NCBI GenBank assembly: GCA_002269645.1
Contig: NIVC01002538.1
Location: forward strand, 1 to 36,169
Source: Macrostomum lignano
Taxonomy: Eukaryota
DNA length: 36,169 nt
Reading direction: 5' to 3'
The translations under genes and the position numbers were made by a program. Shown one piece after another: positions 27,531 through 36,169 of this stretch. Positions within the stretch are counted from its first letter, which is position 1; every line of letters begins with the position of its first letter. The notes beneath the pieces are model-generated. The model searched no databases and had not been told where the DNA came from. It saw only the letters and a program-made list of their open reading frames with translations.

Positions 27531-29147
27531 TGGGACAGGTACAAGGGGGGCGCCACCTTAGGGCGCCAGCACTATCGAAGGTGGCGGCCGCGGCCACCTT
27601 TGCTTGCCCCCCCCCCCACTGGTTCGCTCCTTCAACGCCGCAGAGCCCCAGCATGTAACTCTACAGCATTCCAGCTCGGCCTCTCGTCACTGTCACGGGC
27701 TTACTAGCTACCGTGTGTCTGTCGCTAAAGTCTGTTTGTTTACTCAATCGCCAAGGTCGCCGAGGTCACATGACTATTATAGACGGCGGAATCGCTCTCG
27801 GCAAAAATATGCCCCAATTTTTTTCGGAATCCTTTTCAACGTCCGGCCAGATTGTTGACAGTTGACAGCGCTCGCCATTTTAGTGGATTGGGTGGCGGCG
27901 CAAGGGTCAGATGTAAGCGTCGGGCTCACCTTCTGCTCCCAATGCCAAACAAAACTCGTAAGCAACTTCCTTCCCACGAATATCAAACGGGTTCTTGTTG
28001 GGATAATACATCAACGAAGGGAAGCGCAGAGGAGTGGAGCCGTGAATCCTATCGGTGAGCCACCCAGTCTGAGTCAACAACCTGAACTTCTCGGGCGGCC
28101 GCTAAGCAACCCACAAACAAGCCGGGCCAAAAAAGGACCCCGGAATGATTAGCATTAGCAAGTCCCTCAAACAGGGTCTGTTTGTCACGGAGAAGTCCTG
28201 GGCCCGCACAACAAACCGTTAACCCGTGACCCCCTGCGATACTGTAGACTGACTGCATATAGGGATAAATATGGAACAAAGAGCGAAAATTCGGAAACAG
28301 AATAAAGAGGCCTCTTATCTCCGGGATTTGGTAAAGCAAAGTGTTCGCATTATGGGGAGAGAGGAATCGGCAACTACCCTGCAGACTGCAGCCCTCGTCA
28401 TCGCATGGTTATTAGCAAGGTGAACTGAGTCATCGCCGCCCAGTGTTGAAGCGAAATGGGGCTTGAAAAGTACAAATGCCAGTTCTCCCACTAAGCCTAT
28501 ATGCAACAGTTTTTGATACTGCAGCAAGGTCACCTTCAGATCCAGCACAAAGAACTGCTGGGCTGTCTCCCTGCATAGGGCTGCATTCACAGACAGGTAC
28601 AATTTGGTGTCACAAGGCTTGCTGTGGCGGTGGCATGTTCTAGCTTGCCCTGCACAGCAAACAAAGACATTTTTTCTCTCCATCACAAGAAGGTGACTTC
28701 TGCCGCTAAACTGTAGTAGTGCCAGTTCTTATCAGCTATCAACCCCCCCCCCGAAAAGAGTTCCGTAAGAATAAATAATGATTGCAACTATAGCTAGCTA
28801 CCTTGCGTGACAAGGTCTTCGGTTGATACTTACTTCTTTCTTGGGTTCATTTCTCGAATACCAGGCCTGCTGGAGGAAAGTGAACTTAGTGAAGAAACGG
28901 AAACCTGGGGGTTAACTTAATTGAATTAGTCACCATAACGACTTAATGCATTGCTCGAATATGTTAGTTCGGTGTGTAGTGTCTGTAAACAATCAGTACA
29001 AAGCAGAAACAAGGGCAGCGACTACATATTTAGGACAAAATAATTCACCAACAAGTGCCTAGTGCGTAACAACTCCTGCTTTCTGCTCAGTCATATAAGG
29101 GCTGGAGGCCCTCGGGTGTTACGAGACATTGTCATGAAGTTTATCCA

Positions 29148-30437
29148 TTCCAACCCGTCTCGGTCATAGGGGTTCATCCAGTCCAACCCGTCTCGGTCAT
29201 AGAGGTTCATCCAGTCCAACCCGTCTCGGTCATAGAGGTTCATCCAGTCCAACCCGCCTCGGTCATAGAGGTTCATCCAGTCCAACCCGTCTCGGTCATA
29301 GAGGTTCATCCAGTCCAACCCGTCTCGGTCATAGAGGTTCATCCAGTCCAACCCGCCTCGGTCATACAGGTTCATCCAGTCCAACCCGTCTCGGTCATAG
29401 AGGTTCATCCAGTCCAACCCGTCTCGGTCATAGAGGTTCATCCAGTCCAACCCGCCTCGGTCATACAGGTTCATCCAGTCCAACCCGTCTCGGTCATAGA
29501 GGTTCATCCAGTCCAACCCGTCTCGGTCATAGGGGTTCATCCATTCCAACCCGTCTCGGTCATACAGGTTCATCCAGTCCAACCCGTTTCGGTCATAGAG
29601 GTTCATCCAGTCCAACCCGTCTCGGTCATAGAGGTTCATCCAGTCCAACCCGCCTTGGTCATACAGGTTCATCCAGTCCAACCCGTCTCGGTCATAGAGG
29701 TTCATCCAGTCCAACCCGTCTCGGTCATAGGGGTTCATCCATTCCAACCCGTCTCGGTCATACAGGTTCATCCAGTCCAACCCGTCTCGGTCATAGAGGT
29801 TCATCCAGTCCAACCCGTCTCGGTCATAGAGGTTCATCCAGTCCAACCCGCCTCGGTCATAGAGGTTCATCCAGTCCAACCCGCCTCGGTCATACAGGTT
29901 CATCCAGTCCAACCCGCCTCGGTCATAGAGGTTCATCCAGTCCAACCCGTCTCGGTCATAGAGGTTCATTCAGTCCAACCCGTCTCGGTCATAGAGGTTC
30001 ATCCAGTCCAACCCGTCTCGGTCATACAGGTTCATCCAGTCCAACCCGTCTCGGTCATACAGGTTCATCCAGTCCAACCCGTCTCGGTCATAGGGGTTCA
30101 TCCAGTCCAACCCGTCTCGGTCATACAGGTTCATCCAGTCCAACCCGTCTCGGTCATACAAGTTCATTCAGTCCAACCCGCCTCGGTCATAGGTTTATCC
30201 AGTCCAACCCGTCTCGGTCATAGAGGTTCATCCAGTCCAACCCGTCTCGGTCATACAGGTTCATCCAGTCCAACCCGTCTCGGTCATACAAGTTCATTCA
30301 GTCCAACCCGCCTCGGTCATAGGTTTATCCAGTCCAACCCGTCTCGGTCATAGAGGTTCATCCAGTCCAACCCGCCTCGGTCATAGAGGTTCATCCAGTC
30401 CAACCCGCCTCGGTCATAGAGGTTCATCCAGTCCAAT
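29148..30437 (+). repeat. 33-bp minisatellite (GAGGTTCATCCAGTCCAACCCGTCTCGGTCATA, ~39 copies)
   Basis: 33-nt period, seen as the MNLYDRDGLDW and VIEVHPVQPVS repeats in the ORF track. Confidence 0.97.
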
Positions 30438-30907
30438 TACCTACAGTCAATATTTTTTCACTTCAAATGTTGTCTCCGCCCAGGGGCTTATCTTGGCTGA
30501 CAATTTTAAATTTATCTAAAAAATTTCAGTTCACATATTCAATAAATAGGTCCCTTGGACTGTCAGAACTTCGCTGTCAGCAAATATGCATCTTTATACT
30601 TTCCTCTCAGTCTCTCCATCCTCCTACCTTAAGTATCTTCAGCAAGGCCGGTTTGTTTATGCGTATAGCGAATGCATGAATGAAACTGCTGTGCGAGTAT
30701 TCTGTTTCCGGTGTTGCCTGTTACTTACGTTATGACGGAAAGGCCTTGTCAACCTCAATGCAGCACGTGCCACTACGGGTTGCACCAGTTAGGACAGAAC
30801 TGACCTAGACCATTCTTCACATTGTTGAAAGTTCCCCCATCATCAACCAGCCATTAATCCCCAATTAGAGATCCCATTGTCCAGGCATCATCCCTGCCAA
30901 TAAATCA

Positions 30908-31742
30908 GATGTGTCAGATGCCGATACTCCTGTGTCAGATTCCAATGCCCCTGTTGTCAGATTCCGATACCCCTGTTGTCAGATTCCAATACCCCTGTGT
31001 CAGATTCCGATACCCCTGTGTCAGATTCCGATACCCCTGTTGTCAGATTCCAATACCCCTGTGTCAGATTCCGATACTCCTGTGTCAGATTCCAATACCC
31101 CTGTGTCAGATTCCGATACTCCTGTGTCAGATCTCGATTCCCCCGTGTCAGATCCCGATTCCCCCGTGTCAGATGCCGATACTCCTGTGTCAGATTCCAA
31201 TGCCCCTGTTGTCAGATTCCGATACCCCTGTTGTCAGATTCCAATACCCCTGTGTCAGATTCCGATACTCCTGTTGTCAGATCCCGATTCCCCCGTGTCA
31301 GATGCCGATACTCCTGTGTCAGATTCCAATGCCCTGTTGTCAGATGCCGATACCCCTGTGTCAGATTCCGATACCCCTGTGTCAGATCTCGATTCCCCCG
31401 TGTCAGATCCCGATTCCCCCGTGTCAGATGCCGATACTCCTGTGTCAGATTCCAATGCCCCTGTTGTCAGATTCCGATACCCCTGTTGTCAGATTCCAAT
31501 ACCCCTGTGTCAGATTCCGATACTCCTGTTGTCAGATCCCGATTCCCCCGTGTCAGATGCCGATACTCCTGTGTCAGATTCCAATGCCCTGTTGTCAGAT
31601 GCCGATACCCCTGTGTCAGATTCCGATACCCCTGTGTCAGATGCCGATTCCCCCGTGTCAGATGCCGATGCCCCTGCAGTGTCAAATGCTGAAACCCTCA
31701 TGTCAGATGCCGATGCCAGATTCCGATGCCCCTGTGTCAGAT
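30908..31742 (+). repeat. 21/22-bp minisatellite (TGTGTCAGATTCCGATACCCC) with higher-order duplications
   Basis: Direct periodicity; variant order (ATCTCGATTCC, ATCCCGATTCC, ATGCCGATACT) repeats in blocks. Confidence 0.95.
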
Positions 31743-32161
31743 AGTGATAGTCATTGTATGTATAGTCATTAGTGGTACTATTGCCGATATGTATTGTAAA
31801 CAATTTAAAGCACTACGAGCTAAACCGCGGGTGCAAAAGTTATAGACAAGACACTATCGTTGCCAGGCAAGTGTTTTGGCTATAAAATGCTTGAATTAAA
31901 ATCCATAACGAAGTTCCACGACGAAGTTCGCGTTCATTCTTCTTCGTTCTGGTTCTGCAGCAAAAAGGTCTTGTTGGCTTGGCAAATCTAAAAATACCTT
32001 AGCAAAGTCTAATTTTAATTCTATTTGATGACCGAGTAGTTTACAGTTTGACTTGCCTGAATGACACTCATGACAAGGATGCGTAGACAGTGCGTATTTT
32101 ACGCGAACCCCAACTTCTTGATCTGTCCCGGGACATGGCCCCACTATTAACAGTGATAACC

Positions 32162-32580
32162 TGTGGTCAGATATACTGATGCCTCTGTGTCAGATACCGA
32201 TGGCTCCTGTGTCAGATACCGATCGCCCCTGTGTCACCCACCTGTGTCAGATATTGTCAGATATTGCCACCTTGTGTCAGATATTGTCAGATATTGCCAC
32301 CTTGTGTCAGATATTGTCAGATATTGTCAGATATTGTCAGATATTGTCAGATATTGTCAGATATTGTCAGATATTGTCAGATATTGTCAGATATTGTCAG
32401 ATATTGTCAGATGCTGCCACCGTGTGTCAGATATTGTCAGATGCTGCCACCGTGTGGGAGATATTGTCAGATGCTGCCACCGTGTGTCAGATATAGTCGC
32501 CTTGTGTCAGATATAGTCGCCTTGTGTCAGATATAGTCGCCTTGTGTCAGATACTGATGCTGCGCCTACATATCAGATAC
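32162..32580 (+). repeat. Related TGTCAGAT-core array collapsing to a 10-bp unit (ATATTGTCAG)n
   Basis: Same TGTGTCAGAT core as 30908-31742, with a run of 10-bp units at ~32310-32410. Confidence 0.93.
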
Positions 32581-34751
32581 TGTAAATGCACCCCGTGTCG
32601 GATTACAGCCAGACGTCGCGATTTGGGTGGACATTTGGACCCCAATCCTTAATAACTATTGCGTAAACTGAAGCTGTACCAATACCAAGACGCTAATTTT
32701 AAAACAGTTTCGTAAAATTATGCCTAAAAGAGTCAATTTGTTTTTGTCAACGTCTACGACAGCGACCCCAAAAAAATTATAGAAAAGTAAAAAAGATTAA
32801 ACTAAAATCTTTCGATCTGACAAATGACTAGCCAGTAGCCACTACTATTTTTTTATCTAAGACTACGACACCCCTGTCTGTAACACTCTTCTCTCAGCCT
32901 GCAATGCAAACTACGAGTATAACTATACAGGCTGATCTTGTACGAGAGTTAATTACACCGCCTATCGTGATAATAATGCCTTGTGCAGCTATTTAGCGGA
33001 GAGAGATTATTATGGGGTGGGGGTTGGCGCTAGACTGAGCCATCCGATTCATAGCCGGCATTCAAGTCAAACAAAAACGCTGACACTGGCCGGCAAGGAC
33101 GAGCTTAACAAGTGCCCTGGCCGTCCAAACTCCAAGACCAAAACTCCAGGGCCGGTATTTCAACTTGAATTCTATTCCTTCCTTAATCTTAACTGGCGCA
33201 AAATAATTCAGTCAGTCAGTGGCTGCCTGCTGCGGGCACAGCAGTGGGTTGGTGGGTGCTGCTGTCCTGTGCATGAAAATTCAGATAGAGAGGCTAGATT
33301 AGGGAGGAGAGGAGTGAGCTATGGGGTGTTGGGGCTGCGGACAAACCAACTGATAAGGAAGCCTCCAGTCCGCCCCCCCCCCTTAGTTGATGTTGGAAAG
33401 GCCTGTAGAGTAGAGAGAAGTAACGTATTATTGGCCATTGAGTGCAAAACCTGGGCCGACTGTCGTTCTCAATTCGGGCTCCGGCATACATTTAAGACTT
33501 GTAGAGGAGCTTTGCAATCTGCTTTCGCATGCAGCCAGTGAGCCAGCACCCAGTGGAGTTCTTACAACAAAGAGCTTAGAAAGAGAAAGAGCGTGGTGAA
33601 GGGTTAAAAAAAACACTTTGAAAGGCGGAACTGTGCAGTGCGCACGGCACGGGGTGAAGGGTGGACCATAAAAACTGAGGCATAGGCGGTGGGGGTGAGG
33701 GCGCGCATTGGTATACTCACTGGCAGGCCGAGTCATGCCACGGCGTGCAGCTGTGCACATTAAAAAACCGCTCCCTTAGCAAGAAGGATAGGAAACCGGC
33801 CTCCGCCACCGGCTCTTTGGGGGTTCGTCATTCAGCTTAGGGCCGTAGGGCGTCTCTCTCATTCGCGTTTTTATCTCTAATAGTTGAGTTATTACACACA
33901 TATGAGAGTATTTGGAGCTGGCGCCATGTATACAGGGGGGGGGGTTGCATCTCAATGCTCAATTTCCTAATTGCCTTCCCAAAACCATATAGGCAGCCAA
34001 CTAAATTAGCGTAGACTCACTAAACTAATTTGATCTTATTATAAAAGTACATCGACAGCCCTGGATTAGCAGTAACAGTTTAGTGATTCACTTATTCACG
34101 AATCAATACTAGGAGCTACTTACTAGCTAGTTCCGGCGACCCCCCTCGCCCGAACATAACAAGTGTCTAAGGCTAATCAAGTCCGGATCAGCGGCCCAGC
34201 AGTCAGTCACTCACTCACTCGCATTGTCACAGGGACTTACAGCAGCACAACATTCCTCCTATCCCTAATTCTTTCATTCTCCTTTCTCTTCCTCGTCCAA
34301 TGGAGTGTGTGGACGTAGCCTCTCCGCTCTCCCCCCTTAAGCTATCGGAGCAGGGTGGGGGGAGGGTGCTGGGCCACTGCGGGCGTTCCGCCGCAAACCC
34401 CCTCCCCCCAAAACCTGACCCCGCGAGGTTGGTTTATGATTTAGTATGTTTGTTGAGGGTGCAGTGAGAGAAGGAGAGAAAAGAGCGAAGACACCCCAAA
34501 GCCAGCGGCAGCCCGAGTCCGAAGTGACAGCCGAACGGAGCTAAGGATATCTCGGGCAAGCAATCGCTCTATTGTAATTGTAATGTCCTCAGACCTTGGC
34601 CTAAACTGTCTGCTACAGCCTGTGCCACTTGCTTCTGGCGACTGCGTCTACTTGTCTGCAGTCTAATCTGTGCTTTAACCGCTTAAAGAGTTAGTTCTTC
34701 CTGTATAAATTAAGAGTAAAATTCGAGCCCAAGCTGCTGCGACAGCGCCCA

Positions 34752-36169
34752 ATGTCAGACACAGAAGAGAGCATATGCGTCGATCAAGTCAATGCTGCTG
34801 CAGAGGCCCCCACGCTAGCAGAATTTAATAAAAACAGTAGCAGCGGCCCAATGCCAATGGACCTGAAAGTGCTGCCTGATGACAGCAAGCTGCGCCTGCG
34901 CACCGAGTCCGAGCCGGACAAGGCGATGATAATGACGGAGAGGGCGAAATCCATAACAAAAAGCACGATGACAGAGCCGACGAAGGGGCCGACGGTGACA
35001 TTGATGACGAAGACGACGGGCCGAGTCATTATCGGAGGCTGGACGGCGCTGTAGACAACAACGCGCGCTCTAGCCGACGAGGACAAATCGACGTCCAGCC
35101 CTTGCTCGGTGCCGGATTCCGCCGTCGGCTGCCGCGACCGCGACCTGCACTCGCTGGAGATCGAGCGGGCCTGCATGGAGTCGCAGGGCGAGGTCAACGT
35201 CAAATGGGACATCACGCGAAAGAACAAAACCAGCATAGTGATCAACGGCTATAAGATGACGGAGAGTCGGGCTGGCAAGGACGGCCGGATATTCTGGCGC
35301 TGCAGCAAGCGCTTCTGCTCGGCCACGGCCATCAGCCTCGGCCAGCGGCTGCTGTCCGTACGCCAGGTGGACGAAGCCCGATTTCATAATCATCCGCCGA
35401 CTGGCCGAGAGGAATTCTTTCGAGGCGACTTCAGCACGCCGGGAACATCGACCAGCGTCACCGTCAAGTGGCCGGTGCTGCGCGCCTCTTCAGCTAGAGG
35501 ATCGGCGACGGCGCAGATTCCAAAGTCGGCGTCGAAGCAGCGGCGGCGTCAGGTGGTCGGACGAGCTGCAGTACGCTGACGGAATGGTTCAGGCATCGCA
35601 GGCCGACGAAGCCCTTCCTGCAGCGGCGGCGGCAGCCGCTTCGATGGCAGCAGCCACGGCGGCGATGCTGCCCTCCTCGCAGGCGCAGACGGTCTCTTCG
35701 CTGCTGGCAGCTGCGGGTGCATCGCAGCTGCACCTGGGACAGCAGCAGCAGCAGCACTATCAGCAGCAGCAACTCCAGCAGCACCTGTATAACAGCGCCA
35801 AGCGAATGCGCCACGGCTCAATTGAAAGCGGCGGCAGCAGCACCGGCACCTCCGAGGCCGCCCTGTCCGACCCACTGTGCGCCAGCCAGCAGCGCCAGCA
35901 GCTCGGCCAGCTGAGGCGGCATCCGGCGGCCTGGTGCCATCAAGCGCCGCCGCCGCCGCCGATGTGCACAAATCATTTTTATCGCTGGCCTCGAGCTTGG
36001 GCCTACCCTATTCTGGCCTGTTTCCCAATTCGCTTCCAACGGAGCCCATTGCTCCACACAGCAGCACCAGCAGCAAACTGCATCGGCTGCAGCACCAGCA
36101 CCAGCACCAGCAGCACCAGCAGCAACTGCATCGGCTGCAGCACCAGCCCAGCACCAGCAGCAGCAGCAG
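34752..36169 (+). CDS. FLYWCH-type zinc-finger protein with poly-Ala/poly-Gln low-complexity regions; apparently frameshifted and 3'-incomplete
   Basis: 35202-35399 encodes KWDITRKNKTSIVINGYKMTESRAGKDGRIFWRCSKRFCSATAISLGQRLLSVRQVDEARFHNHPP (GY...WRC...C.A...HNH, the FLYWCH pattern). Coding-like sequence continues in other frames: acidic GDDNDGEG...DDEDDG, then AAAAAAASMAAA...QQQQQHYQQQQ, then QHQHQHQQHQQQ. Confidence 0.72.

Noticed and set aside
30909-32536. Cys/Pro-rich and SD-rich repetitive ORFs
   Set aside because: They are translations of the 21-bp and 10-bp arrays; 22-bp units shift frame freely, so there is no coding constraint.
33500-33570. LHWVLAHWLHAKAD on the minus strand resembling RNase H WVPxH...AD
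   Set aside because: The spacing is wrong, GNE is absent, and there is no adjacent reverse transcriptase.

Overview
This is eukaryotic (animal) genomic DNA, not prokaryotic. It has spliceosomal GT-AG introns, many intronic and intergenic minisatellites, and a muscle myosin regulatory light chain of lophotrochozoan type. A flatworm-like host such as Macrostomum is a plausible inference but cannot be proven from the window. Three spliced genes can be reconstructed with frame-consistent junctions: calnexin (+, 3998-6895, 3 coding exons, 599 aa), myosin regulatory light chain (+, 10275-11450, 5 exons, 167 aa, with a TATA+Inr promoter and upstream CArG/E-boxes) and PGRMC/MAPR (-, 20668-15782, 3 exons, 214 aa). 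A FLYWCH zinc-finger gene with poly-A/poly-Q tracts starts at 34752 and runs off the window, broken by several apparent frameshifts. There is also an orphan tail-anchored membrane ORF (8506-8964), a Penelope-like GIY-YIG endonuclease remnant inside a ~48-bp inverted repeat, and more than a dozen tandem arrays. The most unusual signals are (1) sharply bounded CpG-depleted, TpA-rich domains where repeat copies show both CpG and CpA decay, (2) possible cryptic spliced minus-strand transcripts at 11.5-12.0 kb and 25.7-28.9 kb, and (3) the inverted-repeat-flanked Penelope fragment. No rRNA, tRNA, CRISPR array or prokaryotic system was found. Most long ORFs in the supplied track are artefacts of tandem repeats.
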